A stretch of DNA of 64,000 nt. Origin: Macrostomum lignano. Taxonomy: Eukaryota. The notes under the pieces are model-generated. The model was not told the origin of the DNA and ran no database searches. It saw only the letters and a list, made by a program, of their open reading frames with translations. Every line of letters starts with the position of its first letter. The first letter of the stretch is position 1. Positions 22,230 through 34,299 of this stretch are shown piece by piece. A program made the position numbers and the translations under genes. The DNA is taken from positions 310,001 through 374,000 of the forward strand of contig NIVC01000254.1 of assembly GCA_002269645.1 (NCBI GenBank). Direction: 5' to 3'.

Positions 22230-24141
22230 AATTAAAAGCAGTGTCTTACAGCTCGGGAACTACACGCAACCAGGGTGACGTTGAACCGTCGAAGCTGCAA
22301 TCGCCGGCCCTACAACAACCGCTTTAAAGTTTCGGCAAAATTTCTTTCGTTGAGTAGTTTTAGAAGCCGGAGGAGAAATCGAAAACAGGGATGACTCATC
22401 TGCGGTCTGATGTATCAACAGCTCGTAGGCAAGCTGTTGGTAAAGGACCGTTATAGTTTGACCTTCATGGACCTACGACTTCGTTTTAAAAGTACGCCAA
22501 AAACTATTGCAAACAGGCTATTGTCGAGCCTATTTCGAAATTGGAGCGTATCGTCATGCTCCGATTGAATGACAATAGACATCCTGGAGCCCAGAGTTAT
22601 CAGCCACCGCAGCATGTCCAGCACCATCCTGCTTCTGCTGCAGCTGCCGCGGCCTCTGCGATTGGCGTTTACGACGCGAGCCGTGCAGACATATTGGACT
22701 TTCTAGTGACAGCCGTGCGGCGGATTGAAAGTAAGCCAGCTAAAAAAATTTCTTTCGCTACTGAGGCGCTGATATAAGAAAATTTAGAAGTTCTAATCCG
22801 AGCTCTTCATTTCCAGAATTAAGTAAAGTTACGATTTAAATTAAAATGGCGTAATGCACTATTAAACATTCAGCTCCGCATGATTCTGAGTTTTGCTGCG
22901 ATTTACACTTTTTAATTTGTACTTAACGTTTCGGAGGTTCATCTGGTTTGTATAGAGAATAATCTATTTGAGTCACTAACTGACTATTATCCCTGACTGG
23001 CTGATACATCTTCTCGATAATTTTCTTCATTTTAGCAACCCAGCGCGCGATGCATGGTGCGATTTGTGGCCTGGCTACAGAGGTGAAAGACTTTCACCTG
23101 CAGTTTCTTGCTCTGCAGAACTCTTCGTCTCGTAGTACAGGTGCAAACTCCAGCAATGCCCAGCACGGCCAACAGCCAACCGACAGGCCTATACTTCAAG
23201 ATCTGCCATTTACCGAAGTCGATAAACTGACTGAGTGGGCCACACGACTAACAAGTGATCGAGGCTGCTTAAATGATGCAGTGAGTGCTAGTATTTTGTA
23301 TGATTTTTATCATTGCACGATTTACAAAAGCGACTGGATGCCGCTTAACTGCCGCATGTATTTTATGAGAGAATATAACACATTACAAGACATGACTATT
23401 AATGTGTAATGTCTTGTAGTTTATTAATTCAATTTCTAGTCTACCATTCGAATTCATTCCACACATTTCAGTTTCTGTTCTTCAAGCGGCTTACCAGCAA
23501 AACTCTAATGAAGTCCGTCGCTAATATCTTATACCACATCATGGATGACAAGCTTGCTCATCAGTTCAGTCTCCGTGGTGCCAAGCGTTCTGGCGTTTCC
23601 AAGTATTGCTTTGAGTCAACTGGCCTGCTGCCTTTTATCAAAAGTAAGCAACATAATGGTGCTTAGGATTTTGTCTCTTCTATGATAAAATGTGTATTTA
23701 AGCTGCTTAGTTAAATATATATCAATTCTGTACGTCCATATCTAGATACTAATCTACTTTGGGTAAGCAAAACTAATGGGCAGTATTTACCTACTTTTAG
23801 ACGTCGTGTGGAGTGTTCACAAAGACGCCAAAGGCGAGGCCATTGAATCCGCGGTGGGCGAACATCTGCGCCACTCAGGCACTCGGTTCCGCCGAAAAAG
23901 GTGCTCACAGCAGTCCGCACAGCGTCCGACTGGAGAACTTCGGAACTCGGCTGCAGGCCCAAGGAGCACTCGGCAAAGCGGAGGTGACGGCGCAGACATG
24001 AACACTGACGGCGATGCAAGTGGCGAGAGCGACAGCAGTTCTGACGACGAGGGCGCTCACGACAGCAGCGAAGATAATGACAATGGCGGCCAACGATTTG
24101 AAGTCATCAACGTTGACGGTTGTACACTTACTCAACTTTGA
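22230..24141 (+). CDS. Spliced DUF4806-like gene no. 2; 5' part degraded
   Basis: Exons ~23036-23280, 23472-23643 and 23801-24141 have consistent phases (LQDLPFTEVDKL; SVANILYHIMDDKLAHQFSLRGAKRSGVSKYCFEST; IESAVGEHLRHSGTR). The upstream region 22230-22700 has broken frames. Confidence 0.55.
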
Positions 24142-24899
24142 GTAAATAGGAGTTCAGACTTCACGGGATTGGTGGCTTAATAAAACTAGTTGTTCTAAGT
24201 TCTAAGAACAAAGATCAGTATAGACTCGCTCTAGGTTAGGTGAATCTCTTTGGAGGCTATAGCTGTTTTTAATCATCGCCATCAGATCTCTAGTTATCTT
24301 TGCATCTTTTCTGAACGACATGTCTGTTTTGCCAGCATGCAAATAGCAGTTGCCATTAATAATAGTTTTGCGAATCTCTTATTTTCCTGCTAACTTTTTT
24401 ATTCATTAAAAGAAACACTGCAGGTTGCAGCTTGCAGTCACACACAAAGATACACATCATGCGCATCTAATGTAGTAAATATTTTTATTGCTTTCTTGAC
24501 CTACTATAATGGTAACCGTCTGATCTGATGTGTTTACGATAAAACAAAAAAAATTAATGGTGCTCATTAGCTAATCTTCGCAGACCTTTAAATCGAAACG
24601 TTTTTTGCTATTTTACTTATTCTTTTTAGCAAATGCTAAGTCATGGCCGTATTTTCGTATTATTTCAAGATGTAGGAGTCTCGATTTTTGAACCTGTGTG
24701 CAAGCTACAGATTTTTTACTATGTAGTCAGTGTTACTACCGGTAGAAGTTCCTTAACAACAATCCAAAATTAATGCATGGCATGCGAAAGAAAGACATAA
24801 GCAAGTGTAATAGTAGAGTCGTCGTATATTATAGAATGAAAGTGATACGAAATATATGTAGTATATAGAATAATACACATACATTAGATACTACTAATA

Positions 24900-25075
24900 G
24901 TAGACACGACGACTACATGTTGCACAGATGTTGATGTATGTTGATTTTGCAATGTTGATGCGTCAACCATTCTGCAACGTTGTTTTGCGCGACAAACGGT
25001 CGCTTCTAGCAACGTTTACCACTTGTTGCGCGTCAACATTTGTACAACATTCCCGCAACATAAATGGCACTAGGG
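24900..25075. mobile_element. Candidate EnSpm-like right end (…GCAACATAAATGGCACTAGGG) with dense CAAC/GTTG subterminal repeats
   Basis: Clustered GTTG/CAAC motifs end in CTAGGG. No partner end was found. Confidence 0.35.
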
Positions 25076-25949
25076 GATTGGCTTATTATCCTTTTTGGCC
25101 TAAACTAAATTAAAAGAATGTTCTTATTCTCAAATCGTCGTTGATAAAACTTATGAAAATAAAGCCAAGGCATAAAAAAATAAAATTGGTCCAGACATAA
25201 TTCTAATTTAAACGATCTTTTTTTAATTTATAGCGCTAGATACTGATAATGCCGAGGCATTAAGAATAACAAGCTGTGCTTTCAAAACTCACCAATGTAG
25301 AACTGTAGAATTCATAGAATTCCAAACGCCTTGTTGAAAGCAAGGGAGAGAGGAGAGACGAGACGACGACAGCCGAGAAAGCGTAGTTAGTTTATAGAAA
25401 GGCGCTTGTGTATGCACAGGAGGGGTGGCTGGGCTTCGGGGCGTGGGCAATCCGGATTGGCGGAGAGGGAGACAGACTGGAAAGCAGAAGGCCCCCTCCA
25501 ACGCCCCCTCCCCCCCCCCTATCTTGTGTGCTTCTCTGCCCCAATATATACGAAATGAAAAATGTGGGGTTGAGTTTGTGCACATAAGAATTCTGAATCC
25601 CCCATTCAGTCGGTGCGGAGAGAGAGATAAGAGAAGGGCTCTAGTTGCAGCTGTATGACCGGTTGTGTGTGCTCTAAATTTCCTACCCTCGTCCTACCCT
25701 CACAATGTGTGACTCAGTGGAATTCTATGTAGAATATCGAACCTTAGTGCCTAATCAACTGAGAAGGCTTTTTCTCGGCCCCGGGGATCTTGCACCTGGA
25801 ACTCGGAATGAGTAATGGTAGGGGAGGGGGGAGGGGGGCGTTGAAGTTGGCCTTCTGCTTTTACAGCCCATATTCCCAGGCTAGACAGGCATTCCACTAA
25901 ACAAAAGATACACGAAAAGTCGGGTTAGTCGTTCGAGTTTGGCGATGAG

Positions 25950-26821
25950 TAGGGATTCCAATCCCGGGATTTTTTTGGGAATCGAATCCCGGGATTTCTA
26001 ATCCCGGGATTGCAAAAGTCCGGGATCCGGATCCCCGGATTTCAAGGCCTTAATCCCGGGATTGGTCCGGGATTAGAACAACCTTTCAATGCCTAAATTA
26101 GATAATTTAAAGTCTAAACGTTTATTTGAATAATAAAACATTTATTTGTTTTTGCTGTTTCTCAATGAAACGTTAAACATTTGCAAAGCTCCTGTCCTAA
26201 TTGAGCTAAAAATTGTTAATGTGAACTGTAAATGATAGATAATTTTAACTTTTTTCGTTTTCCACCACGAGACGAGACTGAGGGCCTTTTCATATTGCTT
26301 GTTCTGGTTCCAGAACCAGAATTAATTTGTGAAGTATAACTTTTTGTCTCCATAACTAGAGGGAGATACGTGCTATAAAGTTTTTATCATTGAATGACAG
26401 TCGCCAAAAAGAAAGTGAAAAATCGTGCAAAGTGAGGCTGTTAAGGCAGTCAAATATTAACAGAGTTTAATATTTATACTGCTGTTTTTCTTGGAATTCC
26501 GAACCGATTCTGGTTCTGGAATTGGTAATATGAAAAGGCCCTGAGACTCTGAGAGTCGCGAGACCATGACTACTGCACGCGGCACGCCGCACAGTCCGTC
26601 TTAGGATTCCAATCCCGGGATCCCGGGATCCCGGGATTGGGGCCAAAAATCCGGGATTTGAATCCCGGGATTTTTTAGGGAATCGAATCCCGGGATTTTT
26701 AATCCCGGGATTGCAAAAGCACCGGGATTCCGGGATTTTGAATCCCGGGATTTCAACAGCATCGGGATTTCGGGACTATTCAATCCCGGGATTGTAAAAT
26801 GTCGGGATTTTGGAATCCCTA
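25950..26821. mobile_element. hAT-type non-autonomous element with ATCCCGGGAT palindromic subterminal repeats
   Basis: 12-bp TIR TAGGGATTCCAA / TTGGAATCCCTA and an 8-bp TSD GCGATGAG (25942-25949, 26822-26829). Confidence 0.85.
26282..26541. mobile_element. Harbinger/Tourist-like MITE nested in the hAT element
   Basis: TIR GGGCCTTTTCATATT...CCAGAACCAGAAT at both ends and a 3-bp TSD TGA (26279-81, 26542-44). Confidence 0.8.
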
Positions 26822-26865
26822 GCGATGAGTCAGAGTCAGAGTTAAGTTGGAATTTTAGGAATTTT

Positions 26866-28051
26866 AGGAATACAGAATCCCGAGTTTTGCCAATCCCGGG
26901 ATTCTCTGGATCGGGATATCCCGAACTTTGCCAATCCCGGGATCCCGACAAATTGGGCCGGAATCCCGGGATCCCGGAATTAAAAAAGTTTCTCATCCTT
27001 GCTGGTGCAATTTTGGTTTACGAAGCCATCGAATCTGATTTTTAAATGGCTTTCAGTAATAAAGTAGAATTTTGCTAACATTAACAAGAAACTGACAGTG
27101 AGCTCTGAATTGGAGTGTGATGTACGGACTGGCATATTAGACGTGCTTTGTTACATGCCGGTATCCCGCTCAGGAAAATCGCACCTGATTGTGATGTAAT
27201 CTGGGGAATGATAGCTTACAGAGCTATGGCTCGAGCCTCGAGGTGAAGGAGATCAGACCTCGCCCTCCCAGAGGCACCCAGAGGCATCTGGAGATGGAGA
27301 ATTAGTAGCTTGGGTTTTGGTCCGATAGCAAGGTCCCAGTGTTCTAATCTCAAATTAACTATGGCCCAGGAGTTTTGAAGGTAGGGACTGCTTAAAGTAC
27401 ATGTAGTTCTGCCACCACCCTATGCTGGGCATTTAAAGTGGGTTCTGACAGTGCTGAGAATGAGGTCTTTCGCATGGGGGGGGGGGGCTTCTGATCTGAG
27501 CAAGGTCGAGGGAGACCCCCCGATTTTAGCTGGGTTTCATAGAGGTAGAATTCAAATGAACAATTATTTGACTCCCGTCTGGCAAGCTATAGCAGCACTG
27601 CATGTGATAGAAGCTGCAAAGCTTCTATGGCTTTAGCTAGTCTCTGTGCACATGTTTTAGAATAATATTTAGTATATTTAGATTACATTAGTCTGCGAGT
27701 AACCATAATAGGCACACAGTTGCACGTGCATTATTGCACCTGAAATCTTCCTACGATCTGCCAACAGCTTCAGTTTTGTATTTCTGCAGCCTTAGCCTTC
27801 TCACTAGCCTGCATGCTTAAAAGATGAATAAATCATAGCCGGCCAACTGGGTTATGATTTTCACTTGACAATAGCTCAGCTGCAGATACTACTACTCGAG
27901 AATAATGATTCGAATGAATTATTGAATTATTGCAAACCGGGATCGGGATTCCGATGGTCAATCCGGGGATTTTCGAATCCCGTACAAGTGTGATCCCGGG
28001 ATTTAGAATCCCGGGATTTTGGGATCCCAGAATCCCGGGATTGTATTCCCT
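26866..28051. mobile_element. Second, older member of the ATCCCGGGAT hAT-like family
   Basis: ATCCCGGG clusters at 26870-26980 and 27936-28050. Ends are TAGGAATACAGAATCCCG / CGGGATTGTATTCCCTT; no clear TSD. Confidence 0.5.
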
Positions 28052-28732
28052 TGTTTGGAAAGACTGAAAAAGATTTTTTCGAAACATAGGAAACTTAAAC
28101 TTTCTTTTTCTTTTCTACCCTTTTCCAGTTCACAAATTAGTTTATCTTCGCTCTAACTTTATCACATACATGTACAATTAAATGCTTCAAAAAGCAATTA
28201 TTAGAAGGAAACTAAAAAGTAACATAAAATCGGTTCTCAGTGAACAACCCCTGCCCAAAATCACTGCGCCACTATAGGTAATTAAGAATAGGAAGACGCT
28301 TTCATATTAGATATAAATTTTATTGCCTGCTTTCAGGTCAACGGCGGTACGGTTCGGCTCACTCAGTCGTCATCGCTGGCTTTGAAAAGTAATAGTCATT
28401 CCAGACACGAGCGACCAATGAGTAGAAAAAAATTAGTTGCAATGCAGTAATGTAGTATTTTTTACTCTCTCTACTGAAAACTATTAAAGCCGTTCACTTG
28501 TCTCTTGAAATTCACATTAACTCTTCCCTATCAAATTTTCCTATTTTCGAAGTCTTTAGCAATTTAGTGCACTGAAGGCACTCATTTTGAGCCCTGAAGC
28601 AAAACTACTGATTTTCATAACAGGTCAAAATTGGTGGGGTGTAGGGACAAGGCACTGGTATGTTTGCGACTTTTGGCTCGCAAAATCGCTATTTAGCTAT
28701 TTTAAAATAAAAACCTCTGTTTTGAGCAGGAC

Positions 28733-31700
28733 TCTTACCCCCAGAATCTTACGATTCTTACCCCAGAATCTCACGATTCTTAACCCCCAGAATCTCACGA
28801 TTCTTAACCCCCAGAATCTCACGATTCTTACCCCCCAGAATCTCACGATTCTTACCCCCAGAATCTCACGATTCTTACCCCCAGAATCTCACGATTCTTA
28901 ACCCCCAGAATCTCACGATTCTTACCCCCCAGAATCTCACGATTCTTACCCCCAGAATCTCACGATTCTTCCCCCCAGAATCTCACGATTCTTACCCTCC
29001 AGAATCTCACGATTCTTCACCCCCAGAATCTCACGATTCTTACCCCACAATCTCACGATTCTTACCCCCAGAATCTCACGATTCTTACCCCTCCCCAGAA
29101 TCACACGATTCTTACCCCTCCCCAGAATCTCACGATTCTTACCCCTCCCCAGAATCTCACGCGATTCTTATCCCCCAGAATCTCACGATTCTTACCCCAG
29201 AATCTCACGATTCTTACCCCCAGAATCTCACGATTCTTACCCCTCCCCAGAATCACACGATTCTTACCCCTCCCCAGAATCTCACGATTCTTACCCCTCC
29301 CCAGAATCTCACGCGATTCTTATCCCCCAGAATCTCACGATTCTTACCCCCAGAATCTCACGATTCTTACCCCCAGAATCTCACGATTCTTACCCCTCCC
29401 CAGAATCTCACGCGATTCTTATCCCCCAGAATCTCACGATTCTTACCCCCCAGAATCTCACGATTCTTACCCCCAGAATCTCACGATTCTTACCCCCAGA
29501 ATCTCACGATTCTTACCCCCAGAATCTCACGATTCTTCCCCCAGAATCTCACGATTCTTACCCCCAGAATCTCACGATTCTTACCCCCAGAATCTCACGA
29601 TTCTTACCCCCAGAATCTCACGATTCTTACCCCCAGAATCTCACGATTCTTACCCCCCAGAATCTCACGATTCTTCCCCCCAGAATCTCACGATTCTTAC
29701 CCCTCCCCAGAATCTCACGCGATTCTTATCCCCCAGAATCTCACGATTCTTACCCCAGAATCTCACGATTCTTACCCCTCCCCAGAATCTCACGATTCTT
29801 ACCCCTCCCCAGAATCTCACGCGATTCTTATCCCCCAGAATCTCACGATTCTTACCCCCAGAATCTCACGATTCTTACCCCTCCCCAGAATCTCACGCGA
29901 TTCTTATCCCCCAGAATCTCACGATTCTTACCCCCAGAATCTCACGATTCTTACCCCCAGAATCTCACGATTCTTACCCCTCCCCAGAATCTCACGCGAT
30001 TCTTATCCCCCAGAATCTCACGATTCTTACCCCCAGAATCTCACGATTCTTACCCCCAGAATCTCACGATTCTTACCCCCAGAATCTCACGATTCTTCCC
30101 CCAGAATCTCACGATTCTTACCCCCAGAATCTCACGATTCTTACCCCCAGAATCTCACGATTCTTACCCCCAGAATCTCACGATTCTTACCCCCAGAATC
30201 TCACGATTCTTACCCCCAGAATCTCACGATTCTTACCCCCAGAATCTCACGATTCTTACCCCCAGAATCTCACGATTCTTACCCCCAGAATCTCACGATT
30301 CTTACCCCCAGAATCTCACGATTCTTCCCCCAGAATCTCACGATTCTTACCCCCAGAATCTCACGATTCTTACCCCCAGAATCTCACGATTCTTACCCCC
30401 AGAATCTCACGATTCTTACCCCCAGAATCTCACGATTCTTACCCCCCAGAATCTCACGATTCTTCCCCCCAGAATCTCACGATTCTTACCCCTCCCCAGA
30501 ATCTCACGCGATTCTTATCCCCCAGAATCTCACGATTCTTACCCCCAGAATCTCACGATTCTTACCCCCAGAATCTCACGATTCTTACCCCCAGAATCTC
30601 ACGATTCTTACCCCTCCCCAGAATCTCACGCGATTCTTATCCCCCAGAATCTCACGATTCTTACCCCCAGAATCTCACGATTCTTACCCCCAGAATCTCA
30701 CGATTCTTACCCCCAGAATCTGACGATTCTTACCCCAGAATCTCACGATTCTTACCCCCAGAATCTCACGATTCTTACCCCTCCCCAGAATCTCACGCGA
30801 TTCTTATCCCCCAGAATCTCACGATTCTTACCCCCAGAATCTCACGATTCTTACCCCCAGAATCTCACGATTCTTACCCCTCCCCAGAATCTCACGCGAT
30901 TCTTATCCCCAGAATCTCACGATTCTTACCCCCAGAATCTCACGATTCTTACCCCCAGAATCTCACGATTCTTACCCCCAGAATCTCACGATTCTTACCC
31001 CCAGAATCTCACGATTCTTACCCCCAGAATCTCACGATTCTTACCCCCAGAATCTCACGATTCTTACCCCCAGAATCTCACGATTCTTACCCCCAGAATC
31101 TCACGATTCTTACCCCCAGAATCTCACGATTCTTCCCCCAGAATCTCACGATTCTTACCCCCAGAATCTCACGATTCTTACCCCAGAATCTCACGATTCT
31201 TACCCCCAGAATCTCACGATTCTTACCCCCAGAATCTCACGATTCTTACCCCCCAGAATCTCACGATTCTTCCCCTCAGAATCTCACGATTCTTACCCCT
31301 CCCCAGAATCTCACGCGATTCTTATCCCCCAGAATCTCACGATTCTTACCCCCAGAATCTCACGATTCTTACCCCTCCCCAGAATCTCACGATTCTTACC
31401 CCTCCCCAGAATCTCACGCGATTCTTATCCCCCAGAATCTCACGATTCTTACCCCCAGAATCTCACGATTCTTACCCCTCCCAGAATCTCACGCGATTCT
31501 TATCCCCCAGAATCTCACGATTCTTACCCCCAGAATCTCACGATTCTTACCCCCAGAATCTCACGATTCTTACCCCTCCCCAGAATCTCACGCGATTCTT
31601 ATCCCCCAGAATCTCACGATTCTTACCCCCAGAATCTCACGATTCTTACCCCCAGAATCTCACGATTCTTACCCCCAGAATCTCACGATTCTTACCCCCA

Positions 31701-32856
31701 GAATCTCACGATTCTTACCCCCAGAATCTCACGATTCTTACCCCCAGAATCTCACGATTCTTACCCCCAGAATCTCACGATTCTTACCCCCAGAATCTCA
31801 CGATTCTTCACCCCCAGAATCTCACGATTCTTACCCCCAGAATCTCACGATTCTTACCCCCAGAATCTCACGATTCTTACCCCCAGAATCTCACGATTCT
31901 TACCCCCAGAATCTCACGATTCTTACCCCCAGAATCTCACGATTCTTACCCCCAGAATCTCACGATTCTTCCCCCAGAATCTCACGATTCTTACCCCCAG
32001 AATCTCACGATTCTTACCCCCAGAATCTCACGATTCTTACCCCCAGAATCTCACGATTCTTACCCCCAGAATCTCACGATTCTTACCCCCCAGAATCTCA
32101 CGATTCTTCCCCTCAGAATCTCACGATTCTTACCCCTCCCCAGAATCTCACGCGATTCTTATCCCCCAGAATCTCACGATTCTTACCCCCAGAATCTCAC
32201 GATTCTTACCCCTCCCCAGAATCTCACGATTCTTACCCCTCCCCAGAATCTCACGCGATTCTTATCCCCCAGAATCTCACGATTCTTACCCCAGAATCTC
32301 ACGATTCTTACCCCTCCCCAGAATCTCACGCGATTCTTATCCCCCAGAATCTCACGATTCTTACCCCAGAATCTCACGATTCTTACCCCCAGAATCTCAC
32401 GATTCTTACCCCTCCCCAGAATCTCACGCGATTCTTATCCCCCAGAATCTCACGATTCTTACCCCCAGAATCTCACGATTCTTACCCCCAGAATCTCACG
32501 ATTCTTACCCCCAGAATCTCACGATTCTTACCCCCAGAATCTCACGATTCTTACCCCAGAATCTCACGATTCTTACCCCCAGAATCTCACGATTCTTACC
32601 CCCAGAATCTCACGATTCTTACCCCAGAATCTCACGATTCTTCACCCCCAGAATCTCACGATTCTTACCCCCAGAATCTCACGATTCTTACCCCCAGAAT
32701 CTCACGATTCTTACCCCCAGAATCTCACGATTCTTCACCCCCAGAATCTCACGATTCTTACCCCCAGAATCTCACGATTCTTACCCCCAGAATCTCACGA
32801 TTCTTACCCCCAGAATCTCACGATTCTTACCCCAGAATCTCACGATTCTTACCCCG
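28733..32856. repeat. 4.1-kb satellite of a 23-bp unit CCCCCAGAATCTCACGATTCTTA with longer variants
   Basis: Tandem units read directly. A recurring variant is CCCTCCCCAGAATCTCACGCGATTCTTAT. Confidence 0.98.
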
Positions 32857-33547
32857 CAGAACCTCTGGCCGGCAGCTCATAGCTACATGTAGATTATGCA
32901 GCAACACCAGGCCGATCGAGGGATGCCCGCCCACGCTCACCAGTTCTGCCACAGCGCTCGGATCGCTATAGCTCTGCTCCGTCTACTGGAGTTAAGTGCG
33001 GGGACACGTCCCACCACATCCGGCCGCGCGTCCGCAGCTCTCGAGGCCGCTCGTGAACACTCGCGGAGACGCGGTCTGTTTTCGCTCCAATGCTGGGCGC
33101 CCGTGCATGTGATCGTGCTTGCTACCACACTGGGGTGCTCTTTTGCTTTAGTTGCTCAAACTGACACATTTGCGTGCGTAAATATTTATCCAGCACCAAT
33201 AATAACAACCCCGGCCATTAAACTATATTCTTTAGCTATAGCTTAAAAATTAAAAACTTAAAACTTAAAAACTTAAAGCTTAATTAAAAACTATAGCTTT
33301 TAATTAGCCTTTATCGTTGAGTACACTATGAAAACGGGGCGTAAAGCTACCAAAATCTCATCTCGAAGCAAGCTCTGGGAACATAACGGTCCGTATAAAT
33401 ACGTTATAATTACGTACGGTTGTGCATGGCAGCACACTGCACTGCGCTAGTAATACATGTAATAAGCTTTAACGCAAATTGACGTACATTAAGATTGACG
33501 TTACATTGAGTGTCTGCAAGGCCCTGAATGACGTCCGTGATAAAGGG

Positions 33548-33880
33548 TCGGCCTGTCAACTTAAAGCTCATAAAGTGGAGCCCGAGTAACCTGTACACAA
33601 ATGATATGCTTTTCTGCTCAGTGACACCAGCAGGAAGCTACGAGTGTAGATTTGGCAAAAAGCTACAAAAATTGGACCTGGGATAGGAGAGAACAAGCAA
33701 GGTACAGTTAGGGACTATTATGTAACTTACGCTCATAAGGTAGAATCCATAATTGTCATCCCAGGTCCAATTTTTGTAGCTTTTTTTGCCAAATCCAGCT
33801 TTCTGGTCTCACTGTGAGCAGATCATGACGTATCATTTGTGTACATAGGTTACTCGTTTATGAGCTTAAGTTGACAGGCC
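33548..33880. mobile_element. Foldback-like MITE with long imperfect inverted arms
   Basis: GGCCTGTCAACTTAAAGCTCATAAA...ATTTGGCAAAAAGCTACAAAAATTGGACCTGGGAT is mirrored by ATCCCAGGTCCAATTTTTGTAGCTTTTTTTGCCAAAT...TTTATGAGCTTAAGTTGACAGGCC. TSD unclear. Confidence 0.75.
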
Positions 33881-34299
33881 CTTTGCCACCGCTCGATACG
33901 ACTAGAACTACCCTCCCCCGGAGTTGAGGACCCGGCAGATGGAGTAACCCGACAGATTTTCAGGAGATTTGACTGCGCAATTTTCCGTCTTTAAACGAGC
34001 GAACTCAAACGCAGGCGGAAATTCAAATACTGAGCCGCACTAGCTGCCTAGATCTTGTGTACACATTAGATTATAGATCAACATAATTAAAGCAAAGCAT
34101 CTGATCTGAATAACGAGCGACGACGGAATAAAACTAATCCAAGCTATCTCTAACTGCCCTACCTCAAGTCCCATGATACAGACTGCATGACCCTCTGGTC
34201 TCCGGTCACTCCCCTCCTAACTGGCAGGCTGGCAGCAAAGAATAAATAAATGTGCTAGGATAGGATAGGATAGGATTGCCTATCAGTCTATCACCTCAA

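Noticed and set aside
20655-24592. TTAAAGGT...ACCTTTAA as Kolobok-type ends
   Set aside because: Only 8 bp match, which is expected by chance in AT-rich DNA.
28733-32856. Regular short repeats as a possible CRISPR array
   Set aside because: Units are directly tandem with no unique spacers, there are no cas genes, and the context is eukaryotic.
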